Of a stretch of 64,000 bases of DNA, positions 1 through 9,274 are shown one piece after another. Positions within the stretch are counted from its first letter, which is position 1; every line of letters starts with the position of its first letter. Origin of the DNA: Ostreococcus lucimarinus. Its lineage: Eukaryota. The stretch is taken from the NCBI GenBank assembly GCA_000092065.1, contig CP000600.1; one strand, 5' to 3'. Position numbers and translations under genes: made by a program. The notes under the pieces are model-generated. The model was not told where the DNA came from. It searched no databases and saw only the letters and a program-made list of their open reading frames with translations.

Positions 1-3000
1 GGGCGTCAAAAGCTTCTTTGATGCAGCCATGAGCAACTCTCGAAGACGAGGAATACCAAGCGTGACGTTTGCTTCGCCGCGGCCGGCAAAGTGGAAGGTA
101 TTCAACGTCATTTGTGTGGATGGTTCTCCAACAGACTGCGCGGCAATGACGCCGACGGCTTCGCCGGGGGGCGCAACGTACGTGAGATAACGCATATTCA
201 TCAGCATGGCAAACTCTTCAGCGGTCAAACCGGACTTTGCCGCCAATGAACTTTCATTCTTCTTTCCTTTCTCTTCGGCCCAGTAACCTTTCGGTCGCGA
301 GTCGATGAACGTTTTAAGTTCATCGCCGAATTTCTCTGGCAACACTCCCAACTGGTCGCCAAAGTTTTCCATGCAGAATCGCGGTAGCTCTTCTTTACGA
401 CCTATGGTCTCAAGAACACTTACTTTTTTCTTGTTGAGCTTGGGCAACATCGAAATCGCGGCTTCGTTGTTGAGCAAAATGAGTTCCGGGTTTTCGGCAA
501 GGAACTCAAACTTCTCCAAGTACCCAGAACGCGTGACGTCGACGCAATCCTCCCCGTATTGAAACTGCACAATGCTTCCATCGCTGTCACGCACGGTAAA
601 ATCGTAATGCACTCTCATCGATTCTAGGTTTTTCACCAAACAACGCTGCAAGTAACCAGAGCGCGCAGTCTTCACGGCGGTATCGACCAAACCTTCGCGA
701 CCAGCCATGCAGTGGAAAAAGTACTCGGCGGGATCCAATCCGCTAAAAAACCGACAGGCGATGTAACCGTTCGCCCGCGAGCTGATGTCGAAAGGCTCGA
801 ATGAAGGGAGCGTCTTACCACTCGGCATGCGAGGTACACGGCGACCCTCGAGCTCTTGCTGGCCCAAGGCGGCGGCGATTTGAGAAAAGTTCACAAGCGA
901 ACCCTTTGCGCCAGAGATGGTCATGATGGAGAGACAATTCTTTGAGAATGGCTTCTTTGTACCGAACGGGAGACACTTCTTCACGGTCGCCGAAGTCACC
1001 TTGTTCAAAGCGCCTGACGCTTTCATGTCCAATTGAGCGCCCCATTCGGGATTTTCGAGCAACTTCGCCGCGATAGCCGTCATCACTTCCTCATCCGATT
1101 TCCCGCTCGCTTCTGCGACATCTGCTGTAGCCGTCTTACACATCTCGTCTGCCTTGTTTAGCTCCACTACGCGATCTTTTTCTGCATCAGCGGTGAGAAT
1201 CAAATCATCGATACCGCACGTAAAGCCATGCTTTTGCAAAAAGTTGGTAAAAAGTCGGGAAAAAATTGACAATAAAGCGCCGGCTGTGGACCGTCCGTGG
1301 AGCTCGGCCACGGCGTGCACAAGGCCGTACTTGCCGAACATATTCTTGTCTACGACCCCAGAGCAAAAGTAGTTTCGTCTAATAATCAGTCGATCTTCGC
1401 CAGAGTCTTCACCGCCGAAAAACGTGGCTGGGATCTTGCACGGTGCGCTGAACGTTAGCGGTGGTCGCCCTCGAGTGATGTGCGATAAAACCGCGGCGAT
1501 GACTTGTTTGCCGGTCCAAAGTGCTTTTGGCTTGAGGAGAGCAGGCGCCGGGACGTCGATTTTCCCGTGCTCATCACCGCAGTAGTCCACGAGACCGCTG
1601 TAAAGAAGCTGCGTGAACTCGGATCGATCGAAGAAGCTGTCTCGCATGGAGAGCAACAACCCGGAACAGATGTGGTCTTGGATCAACCCTCTGAGAGGCT
1701 TCCCGTCCGTTGGTACGGTGAACTGACGATCGCCGTGCATGATTTCATACGCTTCGGCTCGTCCTAAGTGATCCTGCGGAAAGTGAAGGTTGATTTCATC
1801 CCCATCGAAATCGGCGTTGAAGGTGGAACAGTTGGAGTAGTGCATACGGACGACTCGCTGCCCCGGTAGAACCCGCGCAGTGTGCGCCAAAATACCAGGC
1901 TTGTGCAACGTTGGCTGACGATTAACGAGCATCACGTCGCCGTCGCGTAAATGTCTATACACCGTCTTTGCGAGCGGTCTCGCCGGCCCGTCCGCAGATC
2001 CAGCGGCCGTCGTTGCTAAGAGAGTCTTCGCTATGGCAGCTCGCTTTTCGGCGGTGAACTTGTCCAAGTGAATCACACGCCCTCGTTCGTCTTCGATCGC
2101 GTTCGCCCCTGGATGGATTTCAGGTCCGTTTTCAACGAGTGTGCGCATCAAGTCAACGTTATGTGGGGTGACGAGCTCGGGAAACGTGAGCTTTTTCGCG
2201 AACACCGGAGGAACGCCAATTTCGCTCGTGCCCAGGTATGGATCGGGGGAAATCACCGACCGTGCGGCGAAATTCACGCGCTTACCCATCATGTTCATGC
2301 GAAATAAACCCTCTTTCTTCTCAAGCTGCTGACGAATCCCAATAGCCTGCTTGGCTTCTTGGGTGTCAGCCTTCGTGGCGTCGATGAGCCGATTCACGCC
2401 GGATTGCAAAGCCAACCAAGCGCGTACGGCTCGGCCTGCTCGCACCTCAGGCGGCTCTGGGACCGTTGGAGGCGTCCTAAAGAGCTCGGCCAGACTTAAA
2501 TTGGCCTGGATAATCGTCGTGAGCGCCGTATTTTGCGGGTGATCAAAGATCATATCGCCCATCTTGCTTGGCGGCCGGAACTTTGACGGAGCCACGAGGA
2601 GTGTTTGAATGAAAAACCTCGCCGGATCACTTCGACGCTCTTCGCCTCGCTTCGTGCACTTATTCGGTGGGGTCGTCGCCCAGATCATGGAACAAAAATC
2701 GTACTCGTACATCCATAAACGTTTAAGCAAAGCTCGAGCCTCAATTGGGGTGATGTAAAGCGACTTTGCCGCCTCCTGCACGCGCTCATCCACGGACATC
2801 GTCTCTGAGTCGCTACTATCGCTATCGTCGCTGCTATCAGACTGCGCGTCGACGTCTCGGGCTTCACTACTCTTTTCAGCCGCACCCACGTCATCCGTCG
2901 ATCTATCCGACTCATCCCCTTCGCCGAGTCTCTTGCGCGCCTTCTTTTTCGCCGGCACGAGCTTCGGTTCCACAGCTGCGCCGGCCAACTTCGTCGCTCC

Positions 3001-3846
3001 AGCGTGTGAATCTGCGCTCTCGGCGCTAGCTTCGCGAGCAAGGTACGCCATATCGTCGTTGATGTCAATGCCCTTGGCTAAGTTGTTCTCGTGATGCGCC
3101 TTCGGAAGTGCACCTCTGAAGATCTTATTGTGTCCCTCGGGCGACACCTTCGGATTCATAGCCCCACAGTTCTCACACTTCTTCGGTTGTATCGCGAGAA
3201 ACTCCTTGATTAAATTTCGCGCTGCCGTGGACGTGATCGAAGTCCATACGACCGGTTCACCTCGACCACGCGTTTTCAATCTCGGCAAGACGTCGTGGAT
3301 GTTGTCTAAATCCATCTCCTCCGCATCGCCGTCGCCCTCGACCTCTTTAAACACTGAGCTCATCTCTTCCTTCGCCTTCTTGCTAATCTCCGGAAGTACT
3401 CCCTCGGCCGCTTCCATGTCACCATCCATGAGCATCTCTAACCGCTCTCGAAACCTTCGCACGCGACTGGCGTGCAAGCGAAACTTGTGACAATGAAAAC
3501 ACGTCGTCTTCAGCAACCGCACCACCGTGCCGAACGTCAACGGGTTGTACACCGGCACGACGAGCTCGAGGTGTCCAAAGTGTCCCGCGCACATCCCTCC
3601 CGGAAATTTACACGTCACGCACGTCGTTTTCGAGTCCGTCGGTCCGAGCGCGGGGTCGTACAGACCATCCGCCACCGCGTTGTTCAACCCGTCGAACAGC
3701 ACCGGGTTCGTGATCCTCTTCACCGATATCTTGCGCACATCCTCGGCGTCGTAAAAGCTGAAGCTCGCGCTCGCGATCTCTTTCTGCACCAGTCCGCGCT
3801 GTTTGACCCGGTGTCGCGCCGTCGTCGCCGTCGCATCGCGCGGCAT
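1..3846 (-). CDS. RPA1: DNA-directed RNA polymerase I largest subunit (A190/RPA1 type), N-terminal ~1280 aa; the C-terminus lies beyond the window start
   Basis: Read directly on the minus strand from ATG at 3846..3844: MPRDATATTARHRVKQRGLVQKEIASASFSFYDAEDVRKISVKRITNPVLFDGL...CVTCKFPGGMCAGHFGHLELVVPVYNPLTFG...CFHCHKFRL. This is the N-terminal zinc clamp; PVYNPL and CxHCHxFRL are Pol I-like rather than Pol II/III. Downstream: GKRVNFAARSVISPDPYLGTSEIGVPPVFAKKLTFPE and the catalytic LVNRQPTLHKPGILAHTARVLPGQRVVRMHYSNCSTFNADFDGDEINLHFPQ. The reading frame stays open to position 1. It is absent from the ORF track only because it has no stop inside the window. Confidence 0.8.
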   Translation of the reverse strand, partial: MPRDATATTARHRVKQRGLVQKEIASASFSFYDAEDVRKISVKRITNPVLFDGLNNAVADGLYDPALGPTDSKTTCVTCKFPGGMCAGHFGHLELVVPVYNPLTFGTVVRLLKTTCFHCHKFRLHASRVRRFRERLEMLMDGDMEAAEGVLPEISKKAKEEMSSVFKEVEGDGDAEEMDLDNIHDVLPRLKTRGRGEPVVWTSITSTAARNLIKEFLAIQPKKCENCGAMNPKVSPEGHNKIFRGALPKAHHENNLAKGIDINDDMAYLAREASAESADSHAGATKLAGAAVEPKLVPAKKKARKRLGEGDESDRSTDDVGAAEKSSEARDVDAQSDSSDDSDSSDSETMSVDERVQEAAKSLYITPIEARALLKRLWMYEYDFCSMIWATTPPNKCTKRGEERRSDPARFFIQTLLVAPSKFRPPSKMGDMIFDHPQNTALTTIIQANLSLAELFRTPPTVPEPPEVRAGRAVRAWLALQSGVNRLIDATKADTQEAKQAIGIRQQLEKKEGLFRMNMMGKRVNFAARSVISPDPYLGTSEIGVPPVFAKKLTFPELVTPHNVDLMRTLVENGPEIHPGANAIEDERGRVIHLDKFTAEKRAAIAKTLLATTAAGSADGPARPLAKTVYRHLRDGDVMLVNRQPTLHKPGILAHTARVLPGQRVVRMHYSNCSTFNADFDGDEINLHFPQDHLGRAEAYEIMHGDRQFTVPTDGKPLRGLIQDHICSGLLLSMRDSFFDRSEFTQLLYSGLVDYCGDEHGKIDVPAPALLKPKALWTGKQVIAAVLSHITRGRPPLTFSAPCKIPATFFGGEDSGEDRLIIRRNYFCSGVVDKNMFGKYGLVHAVAELHGRSTAGALLSIFSRLFTNFLQKHGFTCGIDDLILTADAEKDRVVELNKADEMCKTATADVAEASGKSDEEVMTAIAAKLLENPEWGAQLDMKASGALNKVTSATVKKCLPFGTKKPFSKNCLSIMTISGAKGSLVNFSQIAAALGQQELEGRRVPRMPSGKTLPSFEPFDISSRANGYIACRFFSGLDPAEYFFHCMAGREGLVDTAVKTARSGYLQRCLVKNLESMRVHYDFTVRDSDGSIVQFQYGEDCVDVTRSGYLEKFEFLAENPELILLNNEAAISMLPKLNKKKVSVLETIGRKEELPRFCMENFGDQLGVLPEKFGDELKTFIDSRPKGYWAEEKGKKNESSLAAKSGLTAEEFAMLMNMRYLTYVAPPGEAVGVIAAQSVGEPSTQMTLNTFHFAGRGEANVTLGIPRLRELLMAASKKLLTP

Positions 3847-4171
3847 CGCGGCGCCGATGCCGGCGGCGGCGGCGGCGGTTCGAGCGCGGCGACGACGCGC
3901 GCGACGACGCGTTCGAGGCGCGCGCGACGGGAGCGCGCGCGATGAACGTTCGTACCCGCGGCGGGTGTCGTCGCGAAAGTCGCGCGGGCGCCGAGACGAC
4001 GGGGCGTCCGTCTGTGCGGCGCGGGTTTTCAGTCGGTTGGAGCGACGGCTCTGCGAGGTCGCGTCGCGGAGAAGAAATGGATGAAACACTCTAAAGCTCG
4101 ATTTGATCACACGCGAGACTACGGCGCTCGCGAACGATGTTGTTGTGTAGATCTATGGAGACTATGTTTTG

Positions 4172-5278
4172 TTAATGCATCGGAGAGTGCAGGTCGTCGT
4201 AATCGGAAGAATTGCTCACATAGGAAAGGGGCGGCGTGCCGAGATCGCTGCCGAGCGCGATAAACGTCGCGTTTGGATCCTCGAATTTTCTAATCCACGG
4301 GTGCTTCATAATGCGCTCGATGTTGAAACGACGTCGAGGGTCGACGCGCAAACATCCCGCGATCAAGTCTTTGGCGCCCATGCTGATGGAGTCCCACGTC
4401 TCCACGTCGTACTTGAAGGCGGTGAAGTTGCCTTGGCGAATTTTCTCGCAAAGCGTTCGACTATCTTCGCCTTCAAAGGGAAGGTATCCCGCCAATAACG
4501 TGTACATGATCACGCCGAACGACCATACATCCACCGACGGTTGCCGATCGCGTCCTCGAGAGTCCGGCTTCAAGCGCTCGGGCGCGGCGAAGTGTAACTT
4601 TCGCGCATCCTCTGGAAACGTTCGCGTCACCGGTTGTCCCAACTCATCCTCGATCTCGTACGTCCCGTACTCCACGACGTACGGCGAAGGGTGTCCCGCT
4701 AACGATGCATAACGCATCGACGTCACCACTAATTCCATGTTATCTTCCTCTCTAAACACCAACGTATCTAAATCCAAATTCCCACACGTCACCCCGCAGT
4801 CGACGAGGTGCTTCAACACCGACGCCAGTTGCACCATGATCTCCCGCGCCTCGTCCTCACCGAGCTTCGCCCCGTCCTTCTGTTGCAAGTAATCGATCAG
4901 TTTCGCCCCGCGCAACCGATCCACGATCAACACCCCCATCGCCGGTCTCTTTCGCAGCTCCGTGAAGCTCTCGTACACGCTCGCCACGCCGTCGTGACGC
5001 AACAACTGCAACACGTACTCCTCCATGGAAAACTGCGATATCGTCAAGCTCTCGCCGTCCGCCTGCTTTTTCAACCGCGCCAACACCGCCGTTCGCGCGC
5101 TCCCGTCTTCCCTCGACACGACGTCGAACGCGCCTCCGTACGCGTCGAACGTCGCCTTGGATTCCACCTCGTACGCGTCCACGAACGCCACCGGAAACAA
5201 CGACTTCATCACCGCGAGCGACCGATCGCGCGCCTTCACGCTCCCCGCGCGCTTCAGCGTTCCCTGCGCGCATCCCAT
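4172..5278 (-). CDS. Predicted pseudokinase (CAMK-like fold, degenerate catalytic motifs) with an N-terminal MGC dual-acylation motif
   Basis: Within ORF 4172..5614(-); the first in-frame ATG is at 5278 (aa 113 of the ORF-track protein, which begins at a non-ATG start). Protein starts MGCAQGTLKRAGSVK, a Gly2/Cys3 myristoylation plus palmitoylation consensus. Kinase subdomains VIII-XI are clear (HFAAPERL, DVWSFGVIMYTLLAGYLPF, CLRVDPRRRFNIERIMKHPWI). The catalytic loop HRDLKPEN is replaced by CGNLDLDT and the DFG motif by SLAG, and there is no clean GxGxxG loop. Confidence 0.6.
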   Translation of the reverse strand: MGCAQGTLKRAGSVKARDRSLAVMKSLFPVAFVDAYEVESKATFDAYGGAFDVVSREDGSARTAVLARLKKQADGESLTISQFSMEEYVLQLLRHDGVASVYESFTELRKRPAMGVLIVDRLRGAKLIDYLQQKDGAKLGEDEAREIMVQLASVLKHLVDCGVTCGNLDLDTLVFREEDNMELVVTSMRYASLAGHPSPYVVEYGTYEIEDELGQPVTRTFPEDARKLHFAAPERLKPDSRGRDRQPSVDVWSFGVIMYTLLAGYLPFEGEDSRTLCEKIRQGNFTAFKYDVETWDSISMGAKDLIAGCLRVDPRRRFNIERIMKHPWIRKFEDPNATFIALGSDLGTPPLSYVSNSSDYDDLHSPMH

Positions 5279-5305
5279 GACGCGCGCCCTCGCGCTCGCC
5301 GCGCG

Positions 5306-5355
5306 TCGTCGAATTCGCGTCGAATTCGCGTCGAATTCGCGTCGTTGAATTCGAA
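5306..5355. repeat. Tandem repeat (gaattcgcgtc)x~4 between the pseudokinase 5' end and the CBP20 3' end
   Basis: Seen directly: cgtcgaattcgcgtcgaattcgcgtcgaattcgcgtcgttgaattcg. Confidence 0.8.
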
Positions 5356-5401
5356 AGGTCGCGACGCGCGCGCGCGTCCCGCGATCGATCGACGCGCGCG
5401 T

Positions 5402-5456
5402 CGACCGCGTCGACCGCGTCGACCGCGTCGACCGCGTCGACCGCGTCGACCGCGTC
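5402..5456. repeat. Tandem 9-mer (cgaccgcgt)x6, followed downstream by (caaa)n at ~5607-5625 and (gatc)5 at ~5650-5672
   Basis: Seen directly: tcgaccgcgtcgaccgcgtcgaccgcgtcgaccgcgtcgaccgcgtcgaccgcgtcg; caaacaaacaaacaaactaacacacacacc; gatcgatcgatcgatcgatcg. Confidence 0.8.
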
Positions 5457-5710
5457 GCGACGTGCGGACGCGCGCGCGAACGCGGCGAACGCGCCGGAGA
5501 ATGCGCGACGTTTCGCGAAACCCACGATTGGCGATCCCGAGCCCCGCGAGACGAGACGCGAGACGAAGCGCGAGACGCGGCGACGCGCGAACGATCGACG
5601 TCGCGAACAAACAAACAAACAAACTAACACACACACCGCTACTCTCTTCCACGCCGACGCCCGCCGCGATCGATCGATCGATCGACGACGCGCGTCCTCC
5701 GGCGCGCGCG

Positions 5711-6232
5711 CTACGCGTCCTCGGCGCCGTCGTCGCGCGCGCGCTTCTCCCCCACCTCCGCGCTCGCCCGCATCCCCTCCAGCTCGTCCCGCAACAATTT
5801 CCCGTACCCGCCCCGCCCCGCGTCGTAGTACGTCCTGTACTCGTCTCGCACCTGCCCACCGGATTTCCCTCGTCCGAACTCGCGTCCCGGCTCGTAGCCC
5901 CAGTCGAAGTCGATCCTGATCTCGCGATCGTCCAGTTTCGTCCCGTTCAGGTACCGCACGCACCGCTCGGCGTCCGCGCGCGTCTCGTACTCGACGAACG
6001 CGAATCCGCACGGCGTGCGCCGCGCGCTGTCGAGGCCGACGACGATGGCGCGCACGACGCCGACGGATCGAAACAGCGCGTGCATCTGATTCTCCGTCGT
6101 GTAAAAGGACACGTTCCCGACGTACAGCGTCGTCGACGCGCGCAGGCGGTCGAGGTACTCGTCGAGCGTGCCGTTGAACCGGCGGTCTTTGTACTGCGTC
6201 AGCGGCTCGCGGTCGAGGAACAGGCGCGCCAT
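5711..6232 (-). CDS. NCBP2: Nuclear cap-binding protein subunit 2 (CBP20), an RRM protein
   Basis: First ATG at 6232 (aa 136 of ORF 5711..6637). [145 protein letters not shown]. This matches the CBP20 signature [53 protein letters not shown]. Confidence 0.85.
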   Translation of the reverse strand: MARLFLDREPLTQYKDRRFNGTLDEYLDRLRASTTLYVGNVSFYTTENQMHALFRSVGVVRAIVVGLDSARRTPCGFAFVEYETRADAERCVRYLNGTKLDDREIRIDFDWGYEPGREFGRGKSGGQVRDEYRTYYDAGRGGYGKLLRDELEGMRASAEVGEKRARDDGAEDA

Positions 6233-6697
6233 GACGCGTCGATTCGAGATTCGATTCGATGCGGCGCGATGTGACGCGGCGTCGTCTCGCGTCGCATTCG
6301 TCGACGCGCATGCGCGAGCGATCGAGCGAGCGCGACGATGGCGACGACGACGACGCGGAACCGCGCGGGCGCGGCGCGACGGCGCGCGCGATCGCGACGT
6401 GGGCGAAGCGCGGCGTCGCGAGCGCGCTCGGCGTCGTCCTCGCGCTGTACGTCGTCGGTCTGGCGGTGCCGGAGGCGCGAGGCGACGAGGAAGCGGCGAT
6501 AGAGGAAGCGCGCGCGACGGGACGCGCGAAAGAGACGCCGACGAGCTCGAGGATCGAGTACGTGCCGCAGGCGCCGCGCGCGGGACGATGAGACGACGAG
6601 GCGCTCGACGACGGCGCGACGGCGACGGTGTACGCATTAATTTTTTGTGTGAATTGTAATTGAAGCTACGGATGCTACGGCTACTGCGCGCGCGCGA

Positions 6698-7696
6698 TCA
6701 CGCGTCGGGCTCGAGCTTGATTTTTTTCGCTCGACGCTTTTCGGACGTCGGCGTCGCGGATTCCTTGAACGCGGACGGGCACGACGCGTCGGCGGCGAGC
6801 GGGCACTCGGCGCACTTCGGTCGAAGCGGCGTGCACGTGAGCTGGCCGAAGCCCACCAACAGCGGGTTGATCTCGATCCACTCGTCCCGGGGAAGCCAAC
6901 GCTCGAGCGACGCGCGCGTGTCCTCGGGCGTCTTTTTACGCGGCGATCCATTCTTACCGATCGCGCGCTCGGGCGTCCACCCGAGGCGCTCGGTGATTCG
7001 ATGCACGTGCACGTCGACGCAAATTCCCGTCGGCTTTTGCCATCCGACGTTCATGACCAAGTACGCCATCTTCGGTCCGACGCCCGGCAGCGCGCACAGC
7101 GTCTCGACGCTCGAGGGAATGTCCCCGTCGTACTCGTCCAATAAAATCTTCGCCGTCGCCCGTAAATATTGCGCCTTGCGCCTGTGAAATCCCACCGGGT
7201 TCAGCATCGCGTCCAGGGCGTCCTCATCCGTGTTCAGCACGTTCTCCGGCGTGCACCCGTGCGCGCGCAGTCGCGCCATCGCCGCGTGATTGATCTCGTC
7301 CCTCGTCTGCGAGCTCAGCATCGCGCTCGTGAGCGTCAAATATCTCCGATACTTTTCCTCATCCATCGCGCCGCCCTCGCCCTCGACGTCGGCGATCTTT
7401 TCGCACCCCATCGTGTCCACCGCCGCCCGCGGTCCCTCCGCGCGCCAACGCTTGATCGTCGCCAGCGTCTTTTCCCATCCCTCCGGCGCCGTCGTCTCGC
7501 GCGCGGGCTCGAACGCCATCTGCACCGTCTTCGAGCGGCGCTTCGGCGTCGACGGCGGCGCGACGGCGGCGCGCGTCGTCGTCGCGTCGTCGACGTCGCG
7601 GCGTCCGGGCGCGGGCGCGCCGAGGGCTTGGGAAAACGCGCTTCCCATCGCGCGCGCGCGCGAGTCGACGACGCGCGCGAGGACGCGAGGGCGCAT
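6698..7696 (-). CDS. NTH1: Endonuclease III-like DNA glycosylase (NTH1 family, HhH-GPD with a 4Fe-4S cluster loop)
   Basis: ATG at 7696 (cat on + at 7694-96). HhH-GPD core: ALPGVGPKMAYLVMNVGWQKPTGICVDVHVHRITERLGW. C-terminal Cys cluster: CTPLRPKCAECPLAADASC (C-x6-C-x2-C-xn-C). Has a Lys/Arg-rich N-terminus. Confidence 0.8.
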   Translation of the reverse strand: MRPRVLARVVDSRARAMGSAFSQALGAPAPGRRDVDDATTTRAAVAPPSTPKRRSKTVQMAFEPARETTAPEGWEKTLATIKRWRAEGPRAAVDTMGCEKIADVEGEGGAMDEEKYRRYLTLTSAMLSSQTRDEINHAAMARLRAHGCTPENVLNTDEDALDAMLNPVGFHRRKAQYLRATAKILLDEYDGDIPSSVETLCALPGVGPKMAYLVMNVGWQKPTGICVDVHVHRITERLGWTPERAIGKNGSPRKKTPEDTRASLERWLPRDEWIEINPLLVGFGQLTCTPLRPKCAECPLAADASCPSAFKESATPTSEKRRAKKIKLEPDA

Positions 7697-7783
7697 GCGC
7701 CGAGGTGTGCGGAGCCGACGCGACGCGCGACGAGGCGAACGACTCGCGCGGCGCGCGTGGATTACAAAACGCGGCGGCGACGA

Positions 7784-9070
7784 TCAGTTCCAATCGTCCT
7801 CGGGCTCGTCGTCGGCGACGTCGGCGGCGCGCGCGTCGGCGACGATCGGCGACGCCGCGGCGGCGGGCGCGACGGCGGCTAATACCTCCTCCTTGAGCGG
7901 CTTCTTAAAGAATTGTCGCAACGTCGCGATGTGATTCAGCACCTCGCGCTTGCCTTCGCCGTTCACGGATGAGGTGTAAAGCATGGGCGGTAACTCGTCC
8001 CAATACTCGCTCACTTCGCGGCAAAATTCTTCGACGTTTTCCGCCGGGTTGGCGCGCTTGCCGGCGCCAACTTTTTTACGCTTGTCCACCTTGGTGAACA
8101 CCACGGTCACGGGCACGCCGGCTTCGCCGAGCCAATCGAGACACTCCAAATCTAAACGCTGCGGTTTCACCGTGCTGTCGATCAAGAGCAACACGGTGAT
8201 GAGCGATTCTCGTTTGATCAAATATTCGCGCGTAAACGCCGCCCACTTTTCTCGCAAATCCTCCGGCGCGTTCGCGTACCCGTAACCGGGAAGATCGACG
8301 AGGTAAAACTTCCCATCCCCGGTCGTCATGCGATAGTGATTGATCGTCTGCGTCTTCCCAGGATTCTTCGACGTCTTCGCCAACGACTTACGATTCGTGA
8401 GCATGTTCACCAGCGAGCTCTTCCCGACGTTCGACCGACCGATGACGGCGATCTCCGGCAGCGTCGGTTTCGGGCATCCCGCCAAGTCCACGCACGCCTG
8501 CACGAACTCGCAGCTCTTCACATTCGCCCCGCGTCCCTGATCTGCGAGCTCGAGCGTGCGCACGCCCAGCGCGCCTTCGTCGTCGTCGTCGTCGTAATCC
8601 TCCGCGTAATCCTCGAACCCATCCGACGTCTCCAGCACCACCACGTCCTCCGCGCGCCCTTCCCGTCGCGTCGCGTCGCTTCCCGTCGCCGTCGTCCGCC
8701 GCTTCGCCCGCGCGGGCGCCGGGACGTCGTCGTCGAAGTCTCGACACTCCCTCGGCGCGTCTCGCGTCCTCGCGCGTCCGCCGCGTCCGCCGCGTCCGCC
8801 GCGTCCGCGCCCGCCGCCGCCGCCGCCGCCGCGCCCCCGCGCGCGCGCGCGCGTCGCCGTCGTCTCGCCGCGCGCGGACGCCTCCGCGCGCGCGTGCGAC
8901 GCCGCGCGCGCGGCGAACGCGCCGCCGCCGCCGCATTCGCCCGGACGTCCTCGCGCCGTCGTCGCGACCGCGACCGCGCGCGCGCGCGCGCGCGAGGGCT
9001 CGCGCGCGGCGCGGCGCGCGACGGAGGCGCGCGCGCCGCGCGCGAGCGCGCTCGCGGCGCCGCGGAGCAT
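7784..9070 (-). CDS. engB: EngB/YihA-type ribosome-biogenesis GTPase with an Arg/Gly-rich organellar presequence
   Basis: First ATG at 9070 (aa 294 of ORF 7784..9949; the upstream part is Arg-rich antisense read-through). G1 motif IAVIGRSNVGKSSLVNMLTNRKSLAKTSKNPGKTQTINHY; DLPGYGYA; TKVDK. The N-terminus carries an RGG repeat encoded by (cgccgcgtc)x4 at ~8775-8812. Confidence 0.75.
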   Translation of the reverse strand: MLRGAASALARGARASVARRAAREPSRARARAVAVATTARGRPGECGGGGAFAARAASHARAEASARGETTATRARARGRGGGGGGGRGRGGRGGRGGRARTRDAPRECRDFDDDVPAPARAKRRTTATGSDATRREGRAEDVVVLETSDGFEDYAEDYDDDDDEGALGVRTLELADQGRGANVKSCEFVQACVDLAGCPKPTLPEIAVIGRSNVGKSSLVNMLTNRKSLAKTSKNPGKTQTINHYRMTTGDGKFYLVDLPGYGYANAPEDLREKWAAFTREYLIKRESLITVLLLIDSTVKPQRLDLECLDWLGEAGVPVTVVFTKVDKRKKVGAGKRANPAENVEEFCREVSEYWDELPPMLYTSSVNGEGKREVLNHIATLRQFFKKPLKEEVLAAVAPAAAASPIVADARAADVADDEPEDDWN

Positions 9071-9274
9071 GTCGACGCGATGTGACGCCGCCGAGCGCCA
9101 TCGCGCGACGCGTCGCGCCGCGATTCGACGCGCCCGACTTCGCGCGTCGACGCCGCGCGCGCGCGCGCGCGAGAGCGCTCGACGCGCGTCGTCGACGGCG
9201 ACGCCGGGACGCGGCGACGCGGATTCGGGACGCGGCGCGCCGAGGACGGATCGAAGATTTAAAATTAAATCAAA

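Noticed and set aside
5280-5710. Possible 5'-UTR intron upstream of the pseudokinase formed by the repeat arrays.
   Set aside because: On the minus strand there is no CTGAC branch motif or CAG acceptor adjacent to the ATG at 5278 and no GTGCGT-type donor. The arrays are better explained as promoter or 5'-UTR tandem repeats.
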